From an uncultured delta proteobacterium (lineage in GTDB: Bacteria > Myxococcota > Kuafuiibacteriia > Kuafuiibacteriales > Kuafuiibacteriaceae): a stretch of DNA of 64,000 bases. The notes beneath the pieces are model-generated. The model saw only the letters and a program-made list of their open reading frames with translations, was not told where the DNA came from and ran no database searches. Every line of letters begins with the position of its first letter. Within the stretch, counting starts at the first letter, position 1. The DNA is taken from positions 1,664,001-1,728,000 of the forward strand of contig CAWDML010000009.1 in the NCBI GenBank assembly GCA_963803435.1. The letters run 5' to 3'. This document shows, piece by piece, positions 21,027 to 30,918 of the stretch. The translations under genes and the position numbers were made by a program.

Positions 21027-21467
21027 ATGGACGACCAGGGTGATCCGCGAGAAGTGCTCAAGGAGTACGTCGGCAAGCACGGGCTCAAGCTCACCCGCCA
21101 GCGCGAGCTGATCGCCGACGTCTTCTTCGCGGCCGAGGGCCACCTCAAGGTCGAGGACCTGCTCGAGAGGGTTCGGGACAAGGATCCCAACGTCAGCCTG
21201 GCGACGGTCTATCGCACGATGAAGCTCCTCACGGAGTGCGGCCTCGCCGCACCGCACCGATTTGGTGACAGTTCCGTGAGGTACGAGCCCGCCGATCACG
21301 ACGACGAGCACCACGACCATCTGATCTGTACCAAGTGCGGCAAGATCGTGGAGTTCTTCAACGAGAAGATCGAGACGCTCCAAGATGCGGTCGCCGCCGA
21401 GAATGGGTTTCTCGTGACCCACCACCGGATGGAGCTCTACGGGCTCTGCCCGGACTGCCGCCGCTGA
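21027..21467 (+). CDS. fur: Fur-family transcriptional repressor
   Basis: LTRQRE.I, SLATVYRT, HHDHLICTKCGKIVEF, C-terminal CxxC. Alternative GTG start at 21015. Confidence 0.92.
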   Translation: MDDQGDPREVLKEYVGKHGLKLTRQRELIADVFFAAEGHLKVEDLLERVRDKDPNVSLATVYRTMKLLTECGLAAPHRFGDSSVRYEPADHDDEHHDHLICTKCGKIVEFFNEKIETLQDAVAAENGFLVTHHRMELYGLCPDCRR

Positions 21468-21476
21468 CTGCCCACA

Positions 21477-21506
21477 TTGACAGGCCTCCGGGTGCCACGC
21501 GACATT
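21477..21506 (+). promoter_or_regulatory. Possible sigma70 promoter
   Basis: TTGACA (21477-21482), 18-nt spacer, GACATT, upstream of ATG 21517. Confidence 0.4.
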
Positions 21507-21516
21507 GCCTCTCCGA

Positions 21517-23145
21517 ATGGCGCGAAAGTCGCCGCGAGCCCGCGTCGTTGTGCTCGACGGACCCTCCGAAGGCACCACCCTCGAGGTCGGCGACAAGCTC
21601 ACCATCGGCCGCCGTCCCGAGAACCGCCTCCGGCTCACAGATGAGCAGATCTCGCGCTTTCACGCCGTTATCGAGCGTCGGGGCGACCACTATCTCATCA
21701 CCGATCTCGGGAGCCGGTGCGGCACCTCTGTCGACGGCCGGGCGCTGGAGGAGACCTCGATCCTGAGCGACGGCGCCCGAGTGGAGATGGGACAGACGAT
21801 CTTCGAGCTCCAGGTCTTCGACGGCGAGACCGACGAGGGCGTGACGCTCCCCGACACGCCGATCTACCTGGGTGCACCGCCGCCGCCCCGACACCGGCTC
21901 CCCCTCCCGGTGGAGACCGACGAGCGCCGGGTGACGCTCTTTCCGGTGACGCGTACCTCGGATCTGGTTCGCGACGAGAGCCGCGAGCTCGAGCGCGTCA
22001 CCGAGCAGCTGAAGACGCTGCTGCTCGCCAACTCGATCATCTCCACGGAGCTCGATCAGGAGCAGCTCTTCGACAAGATCCTCGACGCGCTGGCCGAAGC
22101 GTTCCCGGCGCATCGCGCCGCGATCATGACCGCCGAGCAGGGCGAGCTCCTGGTGCGGGCCACCCGCCAGAACGATCCGCACGTGGGTGAGTCTCCGATC
22201 AGCAACTCCATCGCGTACAAGGCCCTGCGGGAGCGCTCGGGTGTGCTCACGCTGGACGCCGGCGCGGACCATCGCTTCGACTCGCGCGCCAGCATCGTCG
22301 ACGGCAACATCCGCTCGGCGATCTGCGCGCCCATGCTGCACCACGAGGAGGTGCTCGGTGTCATCTACCTCGACACCGTCGGCATCACCCACGCGTTCAA
22401 GGAGGACGATCTCCGCATCCTCTCGGGCATCGCGGGGCCGGCGGCAGTGGCGGTCCGGAACTCGATCCTGGTCTCGCGGCTGAAGGAGACGGCGGTCGAC
22501 ACGATCTTCCGCCTGGCGGTGGCGGCCGAGTATCGCGACGACGACACTGGCTTTCACATCCACCGGATGAGCGACTACGCGGAGGAGATCGCGCGGGCGC
22601 TGGGGCGGTCGGACGCGTACTGCGAGCTGGTCAAGATCGCGAGCCCGATGCACGACGTGGGGAAGATCGGGATCCCGGACGCGATCCTGAAGAAGCCGGG
22701 CAAGCTGACGGACGACGAGTTCGCCCTGATGAAGCAGCACACGGTGATCGGCGGCGCGATCCTCTCCAACTCGAGCTCGGAGGTGCTGCAGATGGCGCAC
22801 AACATCGCGCTGAGCCACCACGAGAAGTACGACGGCAGCGGCTACCCGAACGGGCTCGCCGGCGACGGGATCCCGCTCGAGGGCCGCATCGTCGCGGTGG
22901 CCGACGTGTTCGACGCCGTCATGTCGAAGCGCTGCTACAAGGAGGCGTTCGGGCTCGCCGAGTCGATCGAGATCATCACCAAGGGGGCCGGCAAGCACTT
23001 CGACCCCAACGTCGTGGAGGCCTTCCTGGGCGTCAAAGACCGCATCCTCCAGATCCGGGCGCACTACCAGAAGCTCGAGACGGAGGCCGAGGAGAGCCGA
23101 AACGACATCGCCGCCGCCTTTCTTCGCAAGCCCGCCCTGTCGTAG
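21517..23145 (+). CDS. FHA-GAF-HD-GYP cyclic-dinucleotide phosphodiesterase
   Basis: FHA (IGR, ISRFHA, DLGS..GT), GAF (IRSAICAPM, GVIYLD), HD-GYP (HDVGKIG, HHEKYDGSGYP). Confidence 0.9.
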   Translation: MARKSPRARVVVLDGPSEGTTLEVGDKLTIGRRPENRLRLTDEQISRFHAVIERRGDHYLITDLGSRCGTSVDGRALEETSILSDGARVEMGQTIFELQVFDGETDEGVTLPDTPIYLGAPPPPRHRLPLPVETDERRVTLFPVTRTSDLVRDESRELERVTEQLKTLLLANSIISTELDQEQLFDKILDALAEAFPAHRAAIMTAEQGELLVRATRQNDPHVGESPISNSIAYKALRERSGVLTLDAGADHRFDSRASIVDGNIRSAICAPMLHHEEVLGVIYLDTVGITHAFKEDDLRILSGIAGPAAVAVRNSILVSRLKETAVDTIFRLAVAAEYRDDDTGFHIHRMSDYAEEIARALGRSDAYCELVKIASPMHDVGKIGIPDAILKKPGKLTDDEFALMKQHTVIGGAILSNSSSEVLQMAHNIALSHHEKYDGSGYPNGLAGDGIPLEGRIVAVADVFDAVMSKRCYKEAFGLAESIEIITKGAGKHFDPNVVEAFLGVKDRILQIRAHYQKLETEAEESRNDIAAAFLRKPALS

Positions 23146-23155
23146 ACTGCGCGCG

Positions 23156-25061
23156 ATGCTGCCCTCCGGCACGCAGGTCGGCCGCTACGTCGTCCTCGAC
23201 CAGCTGGGCGAAGGTGCGATGGGAGAGGTCTATCGGGCCTGGGACAACGCGCTCGACCGCGTCGTGGCGCTCAAGCTGCTCCTCCCGATGCGTGCGGAGA
23301 GCAAGGTCGCGCGGAAGCGGTTCGCCCGGGAGGCGCGGCTGTCGGCGCGCATCAACCACCCGTGCGTCGCGCACGTCTACGACGTGGGGGACTTCGACGA
23401 GATCCCGTGGATCGCGATGGAGTTCGTGCCGGGGAAGCAGCTGCGGAGCGAGATGGGCGATCCGATGGAGATGAGCCGCATCCTGTTCCTCGCGCGGCAG
23501 ATCTTCGACGGCCTCGGCGAAGCCCACCGGCAGGGCGTGGTGCACCGCGACCTCAAGCCCGAGAACATCCTCATCTCGGGTCGGGACCAGGTGAAGATCC
23601 TGGACTTCGGGCTGGCCAAGCCGATCTACGACGACATCAGCGAGGCGACCGACCTGACCACCACCGGCCTCACCGGAACGCCGCGCTACATGGCGCCCGA
23701 GCAGATCCAGGGGCACGACATCGACACGCGCACGGACATCTACTCGCTGGGCGCGATCATCTACGAGATGGTGACCGGGAGCCCGGCGCACCAGGGCAAG
23801 ACGCTCGGCGAGATGTTGATGGCCGTCGTGCACAAGCCAGCGCCGGGGCTGCCGGAGGATCTCTGTCCACCGCCCGTCGCGCGCGCCGTGAAGCGCTCGC
23901 TCGAGAAGCGGCCCGAGGATCGCTTCCAGGACATGGCGGAGATGGCACGGGCGTTCGAGGTGAAGGAGCGCGGGAGGAGCACGTCGTTCAGCAAGCGGGC
24001 GGCGCACGTGCCCCACCCCAAGGCGATCCAGTACGCGCAGCGCGGACGCGACGCGCTGACCGGGATGAGCTCGTCGTCGTCGATGGCGATCGAGCTGCTC
24101 GAAGAGGCCATCCAGCTCGATCCCGAGTACGCCCTCGCCTACGCGCTCTACGGCGAGGCCTGCGCGGCCCTGTTCAACACCGGCCACCGCAGCGCGCAGT
24201 GGTTCGACAAGGCTCAGGAGTCCCTCGAGCTTGCGGAACGACTCGATCCGACGCTGCCCGATCTGCGGGTGACGCGGGCGCGGATCGTCTGGACCAAGAC
24301 GTTCAACTTCCCCGCGGAGACGGCGCTGCGCGAGCTCAAGCTGGCGCTCCAGTCGGATCCCGATCACCTGGGCGCGCTGCGGCTGTGGGCGACGATCACC
24401 GGGCACGTCGGCCTCTTCGATCACATGGGAGCCGCGATCGCCCGCCGGCAGGCCGCCGACCCGCGCGACGAGACGATGATCGGGCTGGGAGCGTCGCTCG
24501 AGATGATCGAGGGCCGCCCGCACCGGGCGCTGCGCATGCTCGAGCCGGTGTTACGGCTCGATCCCAACCACGAGGAGCCGCCCTTCTGGTGGCTCCAGGG
24601 CCAGGCGCTCCTGGCGATGAACCGCCTCGACGAGGCCCGCACCTCGATCGAGCGAACGCTCGACCGTCACCCCGACGACGGCCTGGTGCTGTCGCTGGCC
24701 GCGCTCGAGGCCGCGCTCCACCGGGACGCGACGCGGTTCCGCGCGCTGGCCAAGTCGGTGGAGGGCGCCATCAAGAGCGAGCTCCATCCCCACCACGCCT
24801 GGCACTTGATCGCCTGCGGCGAGAGCCTCCTCCACGACCCCTCGCAGGCGCTGTACTGGTTGCGGCGAACCTGCGACGAGGGCATGCCGTGCTACCCGTG
24901 GTTCGTGCGGGATCCCTGGCTGGAGAACCTGCGCCAGGACCCGCGCGGCGCGTCCTACCTGCAGGACCTCGAGCGCCATCACGCGTTCTTCCGGCGTGAG
25001 TTCCCGCTCGACGAGCCGTCGGATTCTCAGCTTCGTCGCCACGGAGGTTCAAGACGTGTAA
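23156..25061 (+). CDS. Ser/Thr protein kinase with C-terminal TPR region
   Basis: LGEGAMGEVY, VALK, HRDLKPEN, DFG, APE, then TPR-like helices. Correcting GATTC (25022-25026) to GATC gives a stop at 25059-25061 and removes the overlap with the next gene (uncorrected ORF ends at 25114). Confidence 0.9.
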
Positions 25062-25071
25062 GGCTCCGCGG

Positions 25072-26130
25072 ATGGCGGAGAAGGTGGAAGGCACCCGCGT
25101 CCTCGGACAGATGAAGGACGCCTGGGCGACCGGTTCGGGCGGCGCGCGCCTCGCGGCGGTCCTGGCGGCGGCGCCCCGGCTCAAGACGGCGATCGAGGAC
25201 AGCGGCACGCCGGGCGCGGTGCGGACCCTCGACGTGTCGACGTTCCCCTATCCCACCGAGTTCGCGTTCTTCGGCGCCTGCGCGGTCCCGATCCCGTACG
25301 TGTGGTTGTTCAACCGCGCGGTCTTCGTCGAGTACACGGACTTCGCGGGGACCCGCCGCCGGCTCCTCGCCAACCCCACCAGTCCCGAGGGTAGCAAGCG
25401 CGCGCCGTTCTTCCGCAGCATGCTGGAGAAGCCGCCGGCCCCGCTGCGTCCGGCGTTCGAGAAGATCCTGAGCGCCCAGGCCGCCCCGATCCCCGAGCAG
25501 CTGCGCGCCCTCGGGATCGATCCCGGGACGATCGACTACCTCACGTTCGATCACCTGCACGTGCAGGATCTGACGCCGATGCTGGCACCGGGCGGCTTCT
25601 ATCCCCGGGCCAAGCTCCTGGTCACGCGCACCGAGCTGGACGGCCTCGCGCACCTGCACCCGCTCCAGCGCTTCTGGTACGTCGAGGACAGCCTGCGCGA
25701 CGTGGATCGCGCCCGGATGATCGCGTTCGACGGCGACCTGCTCCTCGGCGAGGGTCTCGCGCTGATCGGCACGCCCGGACACACCGAAGGCAACCATACG
25801 ATCGTGCTCAACCTGGCGGGCGGGCTGGTCACGATCAGCGAGAACGGCGTCTCCGCCGAGTGCTACGCCCCCAGCAAGAGCCACGTCCCGGGCGTCGCGG
25901 CCTGGGCCAAGCGCACCGGCCACGAGGTCGTCCTCAACTCGAACTCGCGCGAGCGCAGCCTCGACCAGTACACCTCGATGATGCTCGAGCGCTTCCTCTC
26001 CGAGAGCCCGAACCACGAGTTCCACCGTCACTTCTCCTCATCCGAGCTGACGAAGAATGCGCTCGCGCCCGGCGTGAAGCCCACGTTCGCCTGGCAGAAG
26101 ATCGAGCACGGGACCGTCTCCCAGGGATGA
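25072..26130 (+). CDS. Metallo-beta-lactamase-fold protein
   Basis: IDYLTFDHLHVQD (variant HxHxD), TPGHTEGNH. Confidence 0.65.
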   Translation: MAEKVEGTRVLGQMKDAWATGSGGARLAAVLAAAPRLKTAIEDSGTPGAVRTLDVSTFPYPTEFAFFGACAVPIPYVWLFNRAVFVEYTDFAGTRRRLLANPTSPEGSKRAPFFRSMLEKPPAPLRPAFEKILSAQAAPIPEQLRALGIDPGTIDYLTFDHLHVQDLTPMLAPGGFYPRAKLLVTRTELDGLAHLHPLQRFWYVEDSLRDVDRARMIAFDGDLLLGEGLALIGTPGHTEGNHTIVLNLAGGLVTISENGVSAECYAPSKSHVPGVAAWAKRTGHEVVLNSNSRERSLDQYTSMMLERFLSESPNHEFHRHFSSSELTKNALAPGVKPTFAWQKIEHGTVSQG

Positions 26131-26254
26131 GCCCGCGCCCTGTCTCCTCCGGCGGTCACGGTCAGCGTTACGGTCGCGAGATCCGGAGCACCTGGCCACG
26201 GGGGCCGGAGAGGCTTGGGGTCCGTGTTTCGAGATTCGGAGCGTCGACGCTGCC

Positions 26255-28231
26255 TCATCGTCGCTTGCTGCGCAGCGCCTCCCGCAGCGCCCGCTGAAAC
26301 TCCTCGATGCTGCGAAAGCGATCCCCCGGGTGCAGCGCCATCGCGCGCGCCAGCACCGGCGCCGTCTTGACCGCCGCGGCCTGATCCGAGGTGCGGAGGA
26401 TCTCCTGCGCGATGACGGCCGCGGCGTACTGATCGGCCGCGGCGTCGGCGCGCGGGACGCCGCGGGCCTCGGGGGCGAGGTAGCGCGGGGGTGGGAGATT
26501 GTCGGCGGGGAGGTAGCCCATGCGGAAGCCGTGGATGGCGACGCCGCCCTTGCGGTCGACCCAGACCTCGGCGGGGCGGAGGGCGCCGTGGACGAGGCCG
26601 ACCTCGGCGGCCTCGCGGACGGCCTCGATCAGGTTGGTCACGAGCTGGCGGCCCTTCTTGGGCGTCACCACCTCGCGCTCGAGGAGCTCGGCGAGCGAGC
26701 GGCCGTCGCGCCACGCGAGCACGTAGAAGGCGCGCTGGCCGTCGATGCCGAGGTCCTCGATGCGGGGGAGGGAGGCGACGGCGCCGGTGAGGCGGGCGCG
26801 GGCCTCTCCGAGGGCGAGGCGCAGCTGCTCCGGATCGGCGACCTGCTTGCAGACCCGGAGGAGGAGCGAGCGGTCGGCACCCTTGTCCCTGACGCGATAC
26901 AGCGAGCCGTCGTTCGACTCCACGAGCGCCTTCTCCACCTCGTAGCCGCCGACGAAGATCCCCACCGTGGGGAGCGGGGTCCGGCCCTCGCGGACGGCGC
27001 GCTGCATGAGGACGCCGATCCCGCCGAAGACCGCGGCCAGGAGCAGGAGGCCGAACACCCACCGTCCCACGCGGCCGCGCACCACCCACGAGGTGTCAGC
27101 GTCCTCGGCGCCGGCCATCGCGCGGACGTCGAGGCCGGTCAGCGTCGGCGCGACGTCGATCTCGCGCACCAGGGTGTCGTCGAGGTCCTCGCCGCCGGCG
27201 GCCCGTGCGCGCAGGAGATCCTGCGGATCGATCTGACCGGTGTGCTCGAGGCCCTCGGCGATGCGCGCCGAGATCGCGTGGACGTCGCGGAACGTCTCGG
27301 TGAGCCAGACGCCGGCGTGCTTGCTGGTCCCCGACTTCCGCGCCAGCCAGCGCTCGAGCCGGTCGGCGGCCTCCTCGGCGGTCGGCATCCGGCGATCGCA
27401 GTCGCGGTCCAGCAGCCGGGCGGTGAGCCGGGCCAGCACCTCGTCGACCTCGGGCCGGAGCGTGCGAACGTCCGGGATCTCCTGCGTCAGCACCCGGTGG
27501 AGGGAGGTGGCCGGGTTGGCCGCGTGGAAGAGGCGGCGCGTGCTCAGGAGCTCGAAGAGCACCACGCCCAGCGAGAACAGATCGGAGCGAGCGTCGACGC
27601 GGTCCCCCCGGATGCTCTCGGGCGCCATGTAGCCGAGCTTGCCCTTGAACTCACCGTGCTGCGTCTTGACCAGGCGGTTCTTCACCTTGGCCACCCCGAA
27701 GTCGAGGATCTTCGTGGGACCGGCGAAGGTGACGAAGAGGTTCTCGGGGCTGATGTCCCGGTGGACCAGGCCGAGCGGCTCGCCGCGCTTGTCGGTGGCG
27801 GCGTGCGCGTACGCGAGCCCGGTGGCCGCGTCGCAGATGATGCGCGCCGCCACCTCGATGGGGACGTTGGCCTTCAGCTTGGCCGACTGCTTGAGACAGG
27901 CCGCGACCGACTGCCCGATCAGGTGCTCCATCGCGAGGTAGAGCGCGCCGGTCTCGGCGCGATCGAGATCGAAGACCTGCACGACGTTCGGATGAGAGAG
28001 CGCCGACACGATCCGCGCCTCGTCGATGAACATCCGCGCGAAGCGTTCGTCGTAGGCCAGATGCTGGAGCATGACCTTGAGGACCACGCTCCGCTCGAAG
28101 CCGGCGATGCCGCGCTTCTTCGCCAGGTAGACCTCGCCCATCCCACCGGTGGCGAGATGCCCGATGATTTCGTACGGTCCCACCATGGCGCCCGCAGCCA
28201 GCGGCGCCAGCGTGGTGGGCGTGCGCGCCAT
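26255..28231 (-). CDS. Ser/Thr protein kinase - TM - pseudokinase
   Basis: N-terminal kinase GGMGEVY, HRDISPEN, DFG, APE. One TM at ~27005-27061. Second kinase-like domain with HGALRP, HGF, YLAPE, DQY. Confidence 0.85.
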   Translation of the reverse strand: MARTPTTLAPLAAGAMVGPYEIIGHLATGGMGEVYLAKKRGIAGFERSVVLKVMLQHLAYDERFARMFIDEARIVSALSHPNVVQVFDLDRAETGALYLAMEHLIGQSVAACLKQSAKLKANVPIEVAARIICDAATGLAYAHAATDKRGEPLGLVHRDISPENLFVTFAGPTKILDFGVAKVKNRLVKTQHGEFKGKLGYMAPESIRGDRVDARSDLFSLGVVLFELLSTRRLFHAANPATSLHRVLTQEIPDVRTLRPEVDEVLARLTARLLDRDCDRRMPTAEEAADRLERWLARKSGTSKHAGVWLTETFRDVHAISARIAEGLEHTGQIDPQDLLRARAAGGEDLDDTLVREIDVAPTLTGLDVRAMAGAEDADTSWVVRGRVGRWVFGLLLLAAVFGGIGVLMQRAVREGRTPLPTVGIFVGGYEVEKALVESNDGSLYRVRDKGADRSLLLRVCKQVADPEQLRLALGEARARLTGAVASLPRIEDLGIDGQRAFYVLAWRDGRSLAELLEREVVTPKKGRQLVTNLIEAVREAAEVGLVHGALRPAEVWVDRKGGVAIHGFRMGYLPADNLPPPRYLAPEARGVPRADAAADQYAAAVIAQEILRTSDQAAAVKTAPVLARAMALHPGDRFRSIEEFQRALREALRSKRR

Positions 28232-28409
28232 ACTTACCCATCGTACCTCACGAGAATTGGCCGTGTTTTTCTCACGCCGCCCCGCCGTGGTGGAATCGAC
28301 CACCCTTGGGGGCCCGAACGGATTGTGCCTAGGAATATCGAGTGTTTGGATCTCGTTCCGTTAGCCGTTGCGGTTCTTGCAGTAGAGCCGGGCGATGCTC
28401 TGGCGATCG

Positions 28410-30908
28410 ATGGATGAAGACACCCTCACGCCTGCGATCCGCACGACCCCGACCCGCCGGTGGGCGATGCGCGCCGCCGTCGCGGTCATGGCCGGCGCGA
28501 TCCTCACGGGGATCATCGGCACGATCAGCGTCGTGGTCCTCTCCCGGGATCTTCCGACGATCCGATCGCTCGACGACTACCAGCCGAAGCAGTCGACCGT
28601 GGTCTACGGCATGCGCGGCGAGATCGTCGCGCGCTTCGCGCAGGAGCGACGCACGGTCGTCCCGTACGATCACATCCCGAAGGTGATGATCGACTCGGTC
28701 ATCGCGGCCGAGGACGATCAATTCTTCAACCACACCGGGCTGGACTACGTCGGCATCGCACGCTGCATGGTGAAGAACGTGTTCTCGGGGCGGAAGCGCT
28801 GCGGCGCCTCCACGATCACCCAGCAGACCGTCAAGACCTTCTTCCTGAGCCCGGAGAAGACGTTCAAGCGCAAGTTCAAGGAGATGATCCTGGCCAAGCG
28901 CGTGGAAGAGGCGCTCAACAAGCAGGAGATCCTGTACCTGTACCTGAACCAGATCTACTTCGGTCACGGCGCCTACGGCGTGCAGGAGGCAGCGCAGGTC
29001 TACTTCGGCAAGGACGTCCGGGATTTGTCGGTCGCGCAGGCCGCCCTGCTCGCCGGGCTCCCTCAGTCCCCCGCGCGCCTCGACCCCTACCGCCACGCCG
29101 AGCGCACCCTCGAGCGCCGCGCCTACGTGCTCGGCCGCCTCAAGACGCTGGGGACGATCGACGACGCCACCTACCAGGAGGCCGTGAACGCGCCGATCGA
29201 GCTCGACTACAACCAGAGCGAGAGCGACATCGACAGCAACAACCACTACGCGGCGCAGGTTCGAAAGCTCCTCGACGAGATGCCGAACATCGGTCCCGAG
29301 CGGACCCTGGGCGGCGGCCTCAAGGTCTATACCGGCGTCGATCCGGACATCCAGCGCGTCGCCGAGCAGGCCCTCAACACCGGCCTGCGCAGCCTCGACA
29401 AGCGTCAGGGATGGCGCGGCCCTCTGGTGCACATCGAGCGCAACGACATCAAGCGGCTCTCCGAGCTGCTCGACGCGCGGATGGAGAAGATCGCGCAGCG
29501 GAAGGCCGCCAGCGGCGAGCCGACGATTTGGGATTTCTCTCGAATCGAGACCCGCGAGAAGACCGTCGAGCTCGAGCGCATCAGCGAGGCCGCCCGCTTC
29601 CCCCGCATGAAGCTGGAGAAGATCTACGGCGGCGTGGTGACCGCGGTGGACGACCCGGGCAAGGAGGCGGTGGTCTCACTCGGATCCGTCCAGGTCCACC
29701 TCCCGCTCCGCACCGGCCTGGCCTGGGCGCGGCGCTTCGACATCGCGCGCTACACCAGCGCGCCGCGCGCCCCCAGCGACGTCCTCGAGGTGGGCGACGT
29801 CGTGCTGGTGCGCCCGACCGGAGAGCGGCGCGGCCAGAAGGATGAATACATCGGCATGCTCGAGCAGGAGCCGCTCGCCCAGTCGGCGGTGGTGGTCATG
29901 GATCCGAGCACGCGCGAGGTCCGAGCGCTGGTGGGCGGCTACGGGATCGGCGCCGGCACGTTCAACCGGGCGCTCCAGGCCCGGCGGCAGGCCGGCTCGA
30001 CCTTCAAGCCGTTCGTGTACGCGACGGCGTTCGCCACCGAGCAGTACACGCCGATCAGCAAGTGTCTGGACGCGCCCCGCGTGTACCGCGATCCCTGGAC
30101 CAAGCGCTCCTGGAAGCCCTCGAACTATGAGGGGACCTTCGACGGCGAGATGACGCTCCGCACCGGGCTGACGCTCTCGAAGAACATGTGCTCGGTCGAG
30201 CTGATCGACAAGGTCGGCGTCGACCCGGTCCTCGATCTCGCGGCTAAGTGCGGCATCCAGAGCCCGCTCCCGCACAACCTCACGCTGGCGCTCGGGTCGG
30301 GCGACGTCACTCCCCTGGAGATGGTCAACGCCTACTCGACGATCGCGACCGGCGGGCGCGTGGCCGATCCGATCTTCATCCGCAAGGTGGTCGGCCCCGA
30401 GGACGAGGTCCTGTTCGAGTCGAAGAACGAGCCGAAGGACGTGATGCGTCCCGAGGTGGCCTACCTCATCACCAGCCTGATGCAGTCGGTGGTGGAGGAC
30501 GGCACGGCGCGCGCGGTGACCGCGCTCCATCGCCCTGTCGCCGGGAAGACCGGCACCACCAACGAGGCCCGCAACGCCTGGTTCATCGGCTTCACCCCCG
30601 ACCTGGTGGCCGGCGTCTGGGTCGGCTTCGACAACAACGATCCGCTGGGGCCGCGGGAGACCGGCGGGCGGGCGGCCATCCCGATCTGGCTCGAGCTGAT
30701 GACGGAGGCGACCAAGGACCAGCCGGTGCGGGACTTCGTCGCTCCCCCCGGTATTGTCTTCGCGCTCGTCGATCCGAAGAGCGGGCGCCTGGCCACGCCC
30801 GACACCGAGGGCGCCAAGAACGAGCCGTTCATCAGCGGCACCGAGCCGACGGAGCTGCTCGAGGACGCGACACCGCCCGGGACCGTGCCCTGGCCGGACT
30901 ACGAGTGA
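28410..30908 (+). CDS. mrcA: Penicillin-binding protein 1A (transglycosylase/OB/transpeptidase)
   Basis: AAEDDQFF.H.G.D, GASTITQQ, RK.KE, YLNQIYFG, GSTFKP (SxxK), SKN, KTGT. Confidence 0.93.
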   Translation: MDEDTLTPAIRTTPTRRWAMRAAVAVMAGAILTGIIGTISVVVLSRDLPTIRSLDDYQPKQSTVVYGMRGEIVARFAQERRTVVPYDHIPKVMIDSVIAAEDDQFFNHTGLDYVGIARCMVKNVFSGRKRCGASTITQQTVKTFFLSPEKTFKRKFKEMILAKRVEEALNKQEILYLYLNQIYFGHGAYGVQEAAQVYFGKDVRDLSVAQAALLAGLPQSPARLDPYRHAERTLERRAYVLGRLKTLGTIDDATYQEAVNAPIELDYNQSESDIDSNNHYAAQVRKLLDEMPNIGPERTLGGGLKVYTGVDPDIQRVAEQALNTGLRSLDKRQGWRGPLVHIERNDIKRLSELLDARMEKIAQRKAASGEPTIWDFSRIETREKTVELERISEAARFPRMKLEKIYGGVVTAVDDPGKEAVVSLGSVQVHLPLRTGLAWARRFDIARYTSAPRAPSDVLEVGDVVLVRPTGERRGQKDEYIGMLEQEPLAQSAVVVMDPSTREVRALVGGYGIGAGTFNRALQARRQAGSTFKPFVYATAFATEQYTPISKCLDAPRVYRDPWTKRSWKPSNYEGTFDGEMTLRTGLTLSKNMCSVELIDKVGVDPVLDLAAKCGIQSPLPHNLTLALGSGDVTPLEMVNAYSTIATGGRVADPIFIRKVVGPEDEVLFESKNEPKDVMRPEVAYLITSLMQSVVEDGTARAVTALHRPVAGKTGTTNEARNAWFIGFTPDLVAGVWVGFDNNDPLGPRETGGRAAIPIWLELMTEATKDQPVRDFVAPPGIVFALVDPKSGRLATPDTEGAKNEPFISGTEPTELLEDATPPGTVPWPDYE

Positions 30909-30918
30909 CGGTGGGTGG

